Positions 1 through 29,500 of a DNA stretch of 64,000 nt are shown here, in pieces. The notes beneath the pieces were generated by a model, which saw nothing but the letters and a program-made list of their open reading frames with translations, was not told the DNA's origin and ran no database searches. The number at the start of each line of letters is the position of its first letter. Position 1 is the stretch's first letter. The position numbers and the translations under genes were made by a program. The DNA comes from Euglena gracilis (Eukaryota), in NCBI GenBank assembly GCA_039621445.1, contig CP154954.1, forward strand, positions 38,835,816-38,899,815, written 5' to 3'.

Positions 1-240
1 TGGGTCGGATTTGACCCTCCCCTCTCCGAAGAGTCCCCCTTCCACCAATCAAAACAGGTCTTATGGCCCCAGGAGTTTGCAAGTGTGTGATCATTGCGCT
101 CAGTGAACCCCACCCCCATTTATAACCAGGTTTTGAATAGTGCTGAGCTCTTAATAAGCGCGCACCCACCCCTTCATTGACCCCTCCATACATACCGGCC
201 CACTCCATGGAGCTCTTTTGCCTGAAATCCATGGGTTTTG

Positions 241-1192
241 TGCCAGAAACAGGGCGCCGGTGGGTCGAAAAACGCTCATTTTCGGCTCGAAAACAGTTTT
301 TCCGGGTCCGGGAGGCCCAAAAGCATCGTTTGGTCAAAAAATTTTTTTTTGATTTTTTTCGACTTTTTCGACCCGGTTTTGACCCAAAGTCAATGGTCGG
401 CGTCCCAAAACGGGGCGCTGGCGGGTCGAAAAACGCTCGTTTTCGGCTCAAAAACAGTTTTTCCGGGTCCGGGAGGTCAAAAAACATCGTTTCGGGCAAA
501 AAAAATCTTTTCGATTTTTTTCGACTTTTTTGACCCGGGTTTGACCCAAAGTCAACGGGTCGGCGGTCCAAAACGGGGCGCCGGCGGGTCGAAAAACGCT
601 CGTTTTCGGCTCAAAAACAGTTTTTCCGGGTCCGGGAGGCCAAAGAACATCGTTTCGGGCAAAAAAAATTTTTTCGATTTTTTTCGATTTTTTTGACCCG
701 GATTTGACCCAAAGTCAATGGGTCGGCGGCCCAAAACGGGGCGCCGGCGGGTCGAAAAACGCTCGTTTTCGGCTCAAAAACAGTTTTTCCGGGTCCGGGA
801 GGCCAAAAAACATCGTTTTGGGCCAAAAAAATTTTTTCGATTTTTTTCGACTTTTTTGACCCGGATTTGACCGAAAGTCAATGGGTTGGCGGCCCAAAAC
901 GGGGCGCTGGCGGGTCGAAAAACGCTCGTTTTCGGCTCGAAAACAGTTTTTCCGGGTCCGGGAGGCCAAAAAACATCGTTTCGGGCAAAATTTTTTTTTG
1001 ATTTTTTTCGACTTTTTTGACCCGGTTTTGACCCAAAGTCAATGGGTCGGCGGCCCAAAACGGGGCGCTGGCGGGTCGAAAAACGCTCGTTTTCGGCTCA
1101 AAAACAGTTTTTCCGGGTCCGGGAGGCCAAAAAACATCGTTTTGGGCCAAAAAAAATTTTTCGATTTTTTTCGACTTTTTCGACCCGGGTTT
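241..1192. repeat. Tandem satellite, about 161-164 bp unit, about 6 copies
   Basis: The motif (c)ggggcgc(c/t)ggcgggtcgaaaaacgctcgttttcggctc recurs near 251, 411, 574, 738, 900 and 1061, with conserved spacers and variable A/T homopolymer runs. Confidence 0.92.
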
Positions 1193-1527
1193 GATAATTT
1201 TCCCACAACGCTCCAGTTTTACACCCATTTTTGGCCATAATGGGTCAATTTTTGCTAATTTGGGGGCTATTTATCACTGATTTGGCAAATATTGGGCTAC
1301 TTGGGGCCTTTTTGAGCAGATTGTATGGCATTTTTGGCCGTTTTGCGCCTTTTTGGTGATTTTGGGTCATTTTTTCACAATCTTTTGTAGACATTGTTGG
1401 CGTTTTTGGGGCAATTTTTAGTTATTTTGGTTGCTTTTGGGGGCTTTTTGTGGGCAATTTTGGGCTTTTTGTGGCCATTTTTGGGGCTTTTGTAGTTATT
1501 TTGGCTTGATCAGGAGCCAACGGATGA

Positions 1528-1872
1528 ATACTGGACAGATGATGGACAAGATGAAGATGCTACAAGATGCCGATGCTGGACAAGATGCAAATGCTGGACA
1601 CGATGCAGATACTGGACAAGATGCCAATGCTGGACAAGATGAACTGGATGGTTGCTGGACAAGATGCCGATGCTGGACAAAATGCAGATGCTAGACAAGA
1701 TGCAGATACTGGACAAGATGCCGATGCTGGACAAGATGAACTGGATGCAGACACTGGACAAGATGCAGATTCAGTTGTTGGACAAGATGCTGATGCTGGA
1801 CAAGATGCAGATGCTAAACAAAATCAGATACTGGACAAGATGCCGATGCTGGACAAGATGAATTGGATGCAG
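1528..1872 (+). repeat. 18-bp-based minisatellite (GCTGGACAAGATGCAGAT variants)
   Basis: Direct tandem units are visible. They produce the repetitive DADAGQ/MLDKMQ ORFs in several frames. Confidence 0.9.
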
Positions 1873-1883
1873 GCAAGGACAGC

Positions 1884-2420
1884 CACCGGATCCCACCGGA
1901 TCCCACCGGATCCCACCATCTCCACCATCTTTGGTTGCTTTTTGACCACTTTGACCACTTTTGGCTGCTTTTTGCCCACATTGACCACTTTTGACTGCTT
2001 TTTGACCACTGTTGCCCACATTTGCTGCCTTTTGACCAATTTTGACTGCTTCTTGACCACTTTTGCTGCTGTTTGCCCACCTTTGCCCACCTTTGCCCAT
2101 GTCCAACCACCTTTGCGGCTTTTTGATCACTTTTGCTGCTTTTTGACCACCTTTGGCCCCTTTTGCCTGCTTTTTGACCACCTTTGACAACTTTTGTTGC
2201 TTTTCGACCACTTTTGCCCACGTTTGCTACTTTTTGCCCACTTTTGGCCATTGTTGCTGCTTTTTGATCACTTTCACTTTTTTTTGCCCACTTTTGCTGC
2301 TTTTTGACCACTTTTGTCCGCTTTTGCCCACTTTTTTACCACTTTCGCTGCTTTCTAACTATTTTTACCCCACTTTTGCCTGCTTTTTGACCACTTTTTG
2401 ACCACTTTTGCTGCTTTTTG
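1884..2420. repeat. 10-bp CCACCGGATC repeats followed by a degenerate ~10-bp TTTTGACCAC/TTTTGCTGC array
   Basis: Seen directly in the sequence; low-complexity and pyrimidine-rich. Confidence 0.8.
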
Positions 2421-2540
2421 CCGGAGGATGTGGTGCAGGCCTGTGAGATGGCAACATCGAGTGCAAGTTGCAAGCCTCTTGCCGGTCAGACAAACAAAGT
2501 CCAAAACAGTTGTTGTGCTGGAGGGTGGAGAGTGGCACCC

Positions 2541-3298
2541 CATCTTGTCCATCTACATCTTGTCCAGTATCTGCTTCCTGTCTAGCATCTGCATCTTGTC
2601 CAGCATCTGCTTCTTGTCCAGCATCGGCATCTTGTCCAACAACTGCATCTGCATCTTGTCCAGTATCTGCATCTTGTCCAGCATCTGCTTCTTGTCCAGT
2701 ATCTGCATCTTGTCCACCATCTACTTCTTGTCCAGAAACTGCATCTTGTCCACCATCTGCATGTTGTCCAGTGTCTGCATCCAATTCATCTTGTCCAGCA
2801 TCAGCATCTTGTCCAGTATCTGATCTTGTTTAGCATCTGCATCTTGTCCAGCATCAGCATCTTGTCCAACAACTGCATCTGCATCTTGTCCAGTGTCTGC
2901 ATCCAGTTCATCTTGTCCAGCATCGGCATCTTGTCCAGTATCTGCACCTTGTCTAGCATCTGCATTTTGTCCAGCATCGGCATCTTGTCCAGCATCAGCA
3001 TCTTGTCCAACAACTGCATCTGCATCTTGTCCAGTGTCTGCATCCAGTTCATCTTGTCTAGCATCGGCATCTTGTCCAGTATCTGCACCTTGTCTAGCAT
3101 CTGCATTTTGTCCAGCATCGGCATCTTGTCCAGCATCAGCATCTTGTCCAACAACTACATCTGCATCTTGTCCAGTATCTGCATCTTGTCCAGCATCTGC
3201 TTCTTGTCCAGTATCTGCATCTTGTCCACCATCTACTTCTTGTCCAGAAACTGCATCTTGTCCACCATCTGCATGTTGTCCAGTGTCTGCATCCAATC
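2541..3298 (-). repeat. Same 18-bp minisatellite in inverted orientation (ATCTGCATCTTGTCCAGC)
   Basis: Reverse complement of the 1528-1872 units, including the higher-order sub-blocks. It is followed at 3330-3400 by GGATCCGGTG units, the inverse of 1884-1915. Confidence 0.9.
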
Positions 3299-4194
3299 AG
3301 GCAAGGACAGTCATCCCCGGTTTTTGGTCTCCGGTGGGGTCCGGTGGGATCCGGTGGGATCCAGTGGGATCCGGTGGGATCCGGTGGGGTTCCGGTGGGT
3401 TGCCTTGGGGGGGGGGATCGGGAATTCATCAATTATAAAATTGCAATAAAACAGCATTTTGGGTGAATTTGGTCATTTTCGGTGTTTTTGGCCCAAATCA
3501 CCTGGTTTTGCCGGCAGATCTTATCAAAACTGTACCAATGGTCACCGAATCTGTGCACAAAATGGCCAAGAATGGCCAAAAGGGGGCAAAAAGTGGATAA
3601 AAAGCAAAAAAAGCCCAAATGTGCAAAAATCCAGAAAAAAGCCAAAATGCCAAAAAAATGCAAAATGTCAAAAGTAGCCAAAATGGCCAAAATGGCCACA
3701 AAAAAACAAAAAAAAGAAGCAGCAATTTGGAAAAAAAATCATCTCAGAAAAGGAAAAAAAAAAATTGAATCTTTGGATTATGTATGGTTTTGGAAATTTT
3801 CAAAACAAATGCTTAATGCTTGTGCTTACCAAATGGGGCAAATGTGGGAAGCTTTTTTGAGGCGTGGTAGGCGAAAAGCCTTCCTGGCTTTCCAAAGTCT
3901 GGGCTGGGAGGTGCCCGCGTTGGCTGGGCAGGCTGCCCTGCTCCGGCGATGCTGGGCGATGCTGGGCGATGCTGAGCGATGCTGGGCGATGCTGGGCGAT
4001 GCTAGGCCCAAGGGCATGGTTGACCAGAGGTGCTTGCCCCCGACAATGTCTCACAGGAACCAGAGCTTTTTTGAGGAAAAATGGTTGGTGACCCAGGGGG
4101 AAAAAATGGGGTTCCAACCTCCCCTTTCCCAAAGAAACCTCTGATGGTGACCTGGGGCATTCATGGCGGGTTGCCCCTGTTGTTCTCGGTGCAG

Positions 4195-20950
<16,756 letters not shown>

Positions 20951-20969
20951 CTGCAGTTCCATGCCTGTT

Positions 20970-21095
20970 TGTGTTGTGTTGTGTCGTGTCGTGTTGTGTT
21001 GCGTTGTGTTGTGTTGTGTCGTGTCGTGTCGTGTTGTGTTGTGTCGTGTCGTGTCGTGTTGTGTTGTGTTGTGTTGTGTTGTGTTGTGTTGTGTG
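20970..21095. repeat. (GTGTT/GTGTC)n pentanucleotide microsatellite
   Basis: Seen directly; flanked by a ~30-bp direct repeat ggctgc(a/g)gttccat(g/c)cctgtttgtgttgtg. Confidence 0.9.
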
Positions 21096-23542
21096 TCAGG
21101 GCTGCGGTTCCATCCCTGTTTGTGTTGTGCACCCCCCCCCCCCAAAGCAAGTACCTGGTGTTGCGGGGTGGCAGCTCACCGACCCCCGAAGCAGCCTGGC
21201 GGGCTGCTAACCGCGAGCCGATCGCCCCCTCTCTCTGCTGCTGTGCCGCCTGGACCCTCTCCCTTCCTCGTCCTTCCTCGTCCTTCGTCTCTGTTTCGCA
21301 GTTCTTGGCTGGCAGTCAATCCCCCCCTCAATACCTCATACTGTTGCATCCCTGAAAGAAGATCCGCCCATGGTTTGGTCTTTGACTGAGGATGGCAGGA
21401 TGCTAGCAGGAAGTGTCATTTAAGCATTTGAACACCCATGCAGCATGAACCCAAACTCTTTTTTGTCACCATCTTCCTAAAGTTACCCCCAGAATAATAA
21501 CCCCTCCTCCCAAGGACTTTCCGAAAAATACTGCAAATTCCAAAAAAAATTACAGAAATTAAGAAAATTAAGACTAGCGAAACAAGGACCAGAGGGGTTG
21601 GTGAAGTGTTTTTGTTGCCTTTTTGGTGGGGGGTTGGAAATATAATTAACCGATACCGCCAAATAATAAATTGGGGTCTGTCTGGCTAGCTGGCTCTCTG
21701 GCTGGCTGGCTGGCTGGCTGGGTGGCTGGCTGTCTGTCTGCTGGTCTTATGTTTTTTTTTTGAATATCTGCCTGCCTGTCTGACTGGCAGGCTGGCTGTA
21801 TATTTGTTTGTCTGTCTTTTCGTCTGTCTGTGTGTATCAACGTGACTGGCTGGCAGAACTTGAACCATCCCCCCCCCCCCAACTCCCCAAATACCCGAAT
21901 ACCCTACAAAGTTGCTCGCTCCTTTTGCCCTCAGGAGCCAAAGAAAGGGCCACACAGGCAGCACCCCAACCACGGATGGTCCCGTTTATTTTGAAGTGTA
22001 ACCCCCGATAATAAATGCGGATTTACTCAGTTAATTTTTTTTCTTTCGGCAACTTCCACTCACACGTTTCCTGCAAGCGCTCAAGTCCCCCAGGCTGGGG
22101 GGGGGGTCCGCTGACCCAACCAGCTGGGGGGGGGGGGGGGGGGGTGCCCCACCCGTCTCGTGTGTGCATGGCTACCAAAAACAACAGCCGTCCGTCATTT
22201 CCTCTTATGGGGTGACCCACACTGCATTGCATTTTTGCCAGTGAACCTGCTTCTTTTTAACTCAAAAAACACCTCAGGGGTGGGCTGGGAAACACCAGAT
22301 GGTGAATCTTGGGGGGGGGGGTCTCCCCCGATTTGGGCTGGGCTGGCTGTGGGGCTTGCTTATTTTTTTTTTGGCTATTGCCTCTGTCTGATGTTTTTGG
22401 CTGTCTGTTGCTCTTTTGTCTGTCTGAACCATCTGTATTCTGGCACAGACTGGCCACACACTCGCACCCACAGTCCCCATCCTCCAGTCAACCCCACACA
22501 TGCAAGAAAATTAAATTGCCCAACTTTACCCCTTTATTTTGAAGGGCCCCAACATTGCCTCCCAGTTTTTTTCCCCCAAACCCCACTCCCCCCGCAAAGT
22601 CCCCCGGCTGGGGGGGGGGTCCCCACCACTGGCTGGTGCGGGGGGTGCACCGTCCGTCATGTCTCGCCTCCATCCCGCCGTCCATTTCCTCATGGGACCA
22701 TCACGGCTCTTGCCAGGGAAACCGGCTTCTTTTTAACTCAAAAACCCCTCAGGGGTGGGCTGGGCTGGCCATCCCCAGGCCACCCCATCTGGGCTGGAGG
22801 CGTGGATGTGGGTTTTGGAGCGAAGCCCCAGAATTTTTTCTGGAATGACACATATATGTGCATACATAAAATCGTACATATTGCATTGTGCAGGCTGTGC
22901 TTACGTGTGCATGTCTACAATATGTACATGCACACATATATACGTACATACGTGCATACAGACAGAAAACAGGCAGACAGACAGACAGACAGACAGTCAG
23001 ACAGACAGACCGCCAGCAAGAAAGACATATTTTCGTTTTGCAGTGGTTGGCAGATCCAGAGAGGAACCTGTGCCCTTCGTCCTCATCTTTTGCCCCTCTG
23101 CACCATTGCACCCTCATTGTCACATCACCCAAATGGTCCTCCCCCCCTCTCATCACTCTCACCCTTCCACCACAGCAACGGCCCCACATCTGCACGATTT
23201 CCAATCGACGATTTTTTGACCCTTTCTGCCCCCTACCCGTGAATGGGCCCCTCGCCTTCCCCACCGCCGTGCATTGCCTTCCCCTCTGCTTGCGTGCTCG
23301 CCACGGAGCAAACTCCTGCAACGCCCCCTCCCTGCAAGCGTACCCCCAGAGAGCCCACTCGCCCAGGCAAGGCTGCACATGCGTCACAGCGGGTTTGGCT
23401 CCCCGTGCGCACTGCCCAACCCGACAAAGGCCACCACTAGACCCAGGGAGGTCCACCCCGGCCCGGCCAGGCGGTCCCCCACCCCGCCGCCCGCCCCCCT
23501 CTGCCTGCGGTGCCTCCCATCCACAGCCGGCCTGCGGGCGCC

Positions 23543-26500
23543 ATGTCCCGGATGGATCTGGACGACGAGCCCGCCAACGGGCTGAAGCGTGACTTGGAGG
23601 AGGACGAGGCGGAGGAGGAGGAGGAGGCGGAGACGGAGGGGGAGGGCGGGCACTCCCCCAAGCGGTACCGCCGGGATGGCCCCGCTGACAGCGCCAGCCC
23701 GCCGGACTTCTCCGCCCAGCACTGGTCTCACGGCGCGCACGCATCCCCCCACCCCCATGCCTGGCCGTCTGAGCATTTGTTGCCCGAAAAGAAGGGCTTG
23801 AGACATTGTACTCCACCGGATTCGAGGAGCATCGGGAAGGCCCCGGTCGGTGTTGGCAGGAGCTGGGAACCCCCAAATTGGATGTTTTTGACAAAATTTA
23901 TCAGAAATGGCATTTTTGATGATGGTTGGTCTCATAAGAATTTCCAAATCAGTTTTGGGCGTTTTGCGACCGAAAAAATCATCACCAGTGCTTTTCATTT
24001 TTCTCCACGAGGGGGGTTATAAGTGGGGGAGGTCATCAGTAGGGAGTTTATAAGGACACACCCAAGAACGGTATGGGTGGGTGTGGGTGTGGGTGTGGGT
24101 GTGTTTGAGTAGAATTGGAACGTGCGAAGTTAAAATAATTCACATCGTCCCGTCATATCTGCCTTCAAGCCCCCCACAGGGAAGCCTGCACCGTGTCTGG
24201 TCCTCGCGGTGCTGCCCCCAGCCCACCGGCCCTGTCGCCGTCCCCCGCCGACGGCGACGTCTGCCCGTCCCCCGGCCTCGGCCTGCGGTCGCCGCCGTTC
24301 TTCTCCGGCCTCGTGGAGCGCCTCGGCAGCGCGGCCCGCGCCCCGCTGCCGCTGTCACTGCCTGTGGGGGGGGGGGGGGGGCACCCCAGCAGAAGTCTGG
24401 GGGGTGGGCAAGTGGTGGGTGGCCAAGCTTTTCGCCCCAAAAAGGAATGTTTCTCCCGTCGTCCCCCGCGGGTATTTCAGGTTTCAACCCACTTCCGCAT
24501 TTTGTTCCGGAAAGTCGTCTTTTGCTTGCATTTTCCCCTGGGGCGGGTTCCATCAGGGTGTCGGGGCCCTGAAGGTCTGTGGCCCCCTTTGGGGAAAGCC
24601 CAATGGTGTTGGGGTGAACCTTGGATTGCATTCCGCTCCCTTTGATGGAAGGAGGTTGTCATGGCTTTTGGTGGGCGTGCTCCCTACCGTAGGGGAAGTT
24701 CGACCCCCCCCCCACCTGCCAAGGGCTTAGGTGGCGTAACTTGAGCATTTTTGTTTTGAAGGGTTGGGGTCCAGGTTTTTGAACTGTTTGTGACACACCG
24801 TCCCTCCATTTGTTTATTTTCTGGTGGTAAACATCCTCAGGAACACAAATTTGTTTTGACCCTCTGAAACTCGTCGCTGAGTTGTGAAACCCGCTGACCT
24901 CTCCAAAGTGAAGTATATGCAAGAGCAAGGACCGGGCTTCTCGTGTATTTTTGGCATACAGATGCACATATACAGATCCATCCATCCATCCATCCATCCA
25001 TCCATCCATCCATCCATCCATCCATCTGTCCGTCCATCCTTCCTTCTACCCATCCATCCACCCATCCATCCATCCACCAATACGCAAAACTCCAGTCTGC
25101 GCCCCCCCCCCCTCCCCCCCGCCATTTCATATTCTGATGGTTGATTGTGCTCCATTTCGCAAATGGACCAAAGTTTTGTTTTAATTTTGAAGCTGTTACA
25201 ATCGAGACAAGATGAGAAGGAGGAGAGCAGCCTGCGGAGTTGTTGTGCTCAAAGTGGAGGTGCTGTGCGTCCGAGAAGGTCAAATAAAGCATGTCACGGC
25301 ATTGTCTTATATGGCCTCCAACACCAAGATTTTCAACTCAGTTGACACATCCATTTCCAGCCAATGTACTGTGCCTCATTTTCAGACTAAAATGCTGGGG
25401 GGGGGTAAAGGTCACCGTTAAATTTATGCAACCCAGAAATACCGTTTATTTTGAGGGTCAAAAATTGTTTTTCATAGGCTCAACTGCGGACAACACACCT
25501 CTAGTTGGTATGTGTGTTAAGTTGCACAAGTGGTCAGTGTGCAGATGCGCAACCGACCAAACAGATTATTTGCGCATTGTGCAAACCAATGTTGTTTGTG
25601 GAATTTCACAACGCACCAATTTCAGCTTGCACATGTGGCCCGTTCACAGATTTGTGCAAATGGTTCATTTGCGCACTTACACCAATCATTGGGTTCTCAC
25701 AAATTCAAAATTGGGATGCTGCTCCCAATTTGGGAGCAGCATTCGATATCAAGGGCAGGTGGGGCAGCTCCAGCCACCTCCTTTCGGTCAATGGGGGGGG
25801 GAGGAACACCACCCCCACCTAAATAGTGGCACAGCCAAAGTGACCAAAAAGTTCCCGAAAAATGGATCCAAAATGCCACTTTGGGTTTTTTGGCAAAAAA
25901 GAATAATCAAAATCCCAAAAACCCAAGCACGGCAAAATGTGATCTGGTGCCCCAGGACGGGGAGATGGAAGCAGGGACTTTGCCAGTCAGGGTGCCTCAG
26001 AGCAAGTGTCACCAGATGCATCCGGGGTACACAACCCCCAACACGTTTGTTTGGAAACCTTCCATCGGTTACCTCATGAACATGGGGTGGAAGGTTTGGG
26101 GAGGGGAGGCAGCCTTCCCCGGAACTGCCCCCTCGGCCAGGGGCCGGGGGTCCCCCCGCACACACCCCAGCCGGGCGCGGCAGCCGTCCAGTCAGTGGGC
26201 CTCCCCCTTCCGGGCGGAGGTCCCAAACAAGGCCGCCCGGCCCCTCCCCTCCCCGGCCGCTGCGCCGCGGGAGCCGGCCAGCCTGCGCCCCACCACCCGC
26301 CGGGGCTGGGCCGGGGCCGGGGGCCCGCGGGAATGCCTCCGATCGCCTGCCCACGTGGGGGTCCCACCCACCCACGATAACACACACACACACGCACATG
26401 CACATGCCCGCAAACACACCTCCCCAATATTGGCAGCCGGGGGGGACCACACACCCCAGCCAGCACATCGTTGTTTTTTTTTCTTCCAGCCAGCAGCTCC

Positions 26501-29500
26501 GCCGGGGTGTGGGATCCTCCTCTGGCGGTCTGCTGTACGAAAGGTTGGCCAACCACAGCTGGGGTGAGCCGAACCGTTCGAAAACGGGGTCACTGGCGGA
26601 GGTTTTTTCAGAACTTTGTGGGGGGGGTACAACCACGCAACTGGAAAGGAAAGAAACTGACTGGAAGTCCAGCCCGCTGCTGGGATGGACCTACCTGGTG
26701 GGCACCTGGAAACAAAGCAAAAACCGTCCAGAGCCACTTTTTGGCGCTTCCTTGACTACCATCCCTCTCCTCCGCAGTCCAGCCCACCCAACAGTCCTCC
26801 ACACCACCTCTGGCCTCCACTGTCAAGCTGCCGCCTTCAAAGGCCATCCCACTTCCTTCGTCATTGCACAAGCACCAGCCCAATGGGCAACGATGCTCGA
26901 TTTTTGTTCCAGCCATCCGTCGCCTTGGCCGTACCTGAAGCGGACAGCAGATTCCACAACCCTTCTCCCATGCATATGGAGGGAAGTGGTGCTTGCTCGC
27001 GTTGCTGCCCTCGTGGTGGTCCTGGCCAAGCCCCTCTGTTGGTTGGTCGTTCCCCATGCGGATTAACTGCTCTTCAACACCCACGTTCGCTCGCAGTCGT
27101 TGCATTGTTGGACTGGTTGGTGACTTTGTTTGGAACCTCTCCTTTGCACTCTGGTTTGAGGAAGCCGTGGCAAAAAAGAAAGTGTGCGGGGGGGGGGTGA
27201 AAATCAGAGAGTGAGATTATCACCCTGCATAGATGCATTATTGGAAGGAAAGATTTCGTTGTTGGTTCTTTTGTTTCAGGAGCAGACAAAGCCCTGGTGG
27301 TGTGCATGTGTGGTCATTACAGGGCCTCAGTGCTGATTTTATTTCAAATAAAGGAACTGGAGCCGGCAGGGGGGGGGGCAGGTATTTAGGTCCCAAACGA
27401 GCCTAAATAAACTGGAAGAAAAAATTTCCCGAAATTCCTGAAAACCCTGATTGCCTTAAATGAAAGTTTCATAGCAAACGGTAAGGCCGTAAAGCGCAGC
27501 TGTTCATGGACCATTCGTTCCTGGCTGCTGGTGTGGATGATCATATTTGTTTGGCCACAGATACGTCCTCGAACACTGCATCAGCAAGGCATCTCAGGCA
27601 CATACAAAATGATAGGATGCCAAAAATGGCTTGAATTTGTCATGCTGAATTTTTTCTTGGTAATTGTCAGTACAAAGTCGCTGGAAGTTCCAGAGTTATT
27701 CTTTCACCTGGGGGGGTACCTGGACCCCAAAAAAATTGCTGGCAGTTTTGCAAATTTAAGAACATCCCATCAAAGGTGCTCAAATTGTATAATTGGCAAT
27801 CTTGGGGGTCAACATTGTTCGGCTGAAAAATGGGTCATTGTGGTCTGTTTAGGTGGTGGGGGTCTGGACCAAGATTCTTTTGAACACCTCTGGGGGTGGC
27901 TTGTGCAATGGGTTGCCTGTCCATAGCAAGCAAAACAGGGGGGGGGTCGGCTTTGGTTTCGGCCGAGGCCAACTCTGCTGATCTCCCCCTCGAAATGGCC
28001 ATTTCAGGCCCTCCTGAGTGTAGTAACGCTGAATATTCCCACCCCTAAATGAAATTTTGAACAAACCTGATTGGACGCCTGACATTAGTGCCCCAGAGGT
28101 TTGGGACCACTATTAAGATGGGGGATTAGCCACCTTGGGCCCGGAAAGTACAAAACACAAATCGGCACCCGAGTCTGGGCGGGTATACCAAAAATCCCTG
28201 ACTTGCCAGATTTATGTTGTTTTCGGGATACTGAGTGAGAAAAGGATGGGCCGTCGTCATGGATAGGGCCTGGGTCAGGCTTTTGTCCTCATGTTTGGCC
28301 AATTTTAGTTCAGTCGTGCCTCAGGGGAAAGGCTGGAAAATTGGAAAAAGGCTGCGTTTTTTCTAAGTATTGCACCCAGGGTTTGATATGAGGAGGGCGT
28401 ACGGGGTTTAGGTGGGGGGTGTCCCCCCACCCCCCCCCTCCTGGCCCGCAGGGGGGGGTCCCTGGGGGGGGTACCCGGGACCCCCCCAACAGGGTCAATT
28501 TTTTCCTCCGGCGCTTCGCGTCGATTTTTTTTGCATTTTTGGCAAATTTTTGCCCAAAAGTGCCCAAAATTGCACTTTTGGTCGTTTTGGGGGGTCAAAA
28601 AATTTCGGTCACCCGGACCGCGCCACTGTTTAGGTGGGGGGGGTGTCCCCCCCAGCCCCCCCCCCCCTCCTGGCCCGCAGGAGGGGGGTCCGGACCGCCC
28701 CCCCCACCTGTCCTTACATCAAACCCTGATTGCACCACATGTAAAGTTTTTCGAGTACATTTAAATATGCCCCAATTTGCAGGTGATGAAAAATCAATGT
28801 CAAGCAACGTTTTTTGGATTCTCATCAACACCGAGCATTTATATGATGATGGGGGGCTAGGTTTTTTGAGCCTCAAATATGGGGTTCATTCTGGCCGCCA
28901 AATCAAGCATCCCACGGGGGATTCTACAAGCAAAGAAACCCAAAGCCCTCGTTTCTCCTAAAACTTGCCATCATTCCGCTGAGCAGACCATGATGGGGTT
29001 GACAGATATTCTTGAGGGTGGGAAGCCCAGAAAACCTGGTCCCGGGGACTGGCTGCCAGTTTTGCCACAGCTAATTTTCGGGCATCGAGACATTTCGCCA
29101 CAAAAATCATGCCCCCAACCCCCCCTTTTCACCTAAAAATTACCATCATTCTGCTAATTCGGGTAGAATAAACACTTGCCGCAAATTATGACAAACCGAC
29201 AACCTGATCACATCCACACATATACCTGGTGACTGTTTACACCCATTCCCACACATCCGGTAGTTTGAAGCGGGGGGGATATGCAACAGTGACCCTCGAA
29301 AAGCACGACACAAAAAAAACACACAAAAATGCAAAAAAAAACACGCAAGTTGCAAGTTAAATCCCGTAGGAGGTCCCCCAGGATGCACACTGTCTGCTGG
29401 AGAAGACGGAGATAATTTTTTACCTCTGCATTGGAGGAGTTTTCATTGTACAAAATAATATGCAACTTTCTGACCCAAAAATGCAAAAGCATTCACAAAA

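Noticed and set aside
177-1240. Repetitive ORFs and a CRISPR-like periodic look
   Set aside because: These are whole-unit tandem repeats with no unique spacers and no cas genes, in a eukaryotic context. The ORFs are by-products of the satellite.
2365-3449. DADAGQ / SASCP repeat proteins
   Set aside because: The 18-bp minisatellite is open in nearly all frames on both strands and present in both orientations, with no unique flanking domain or splice support.
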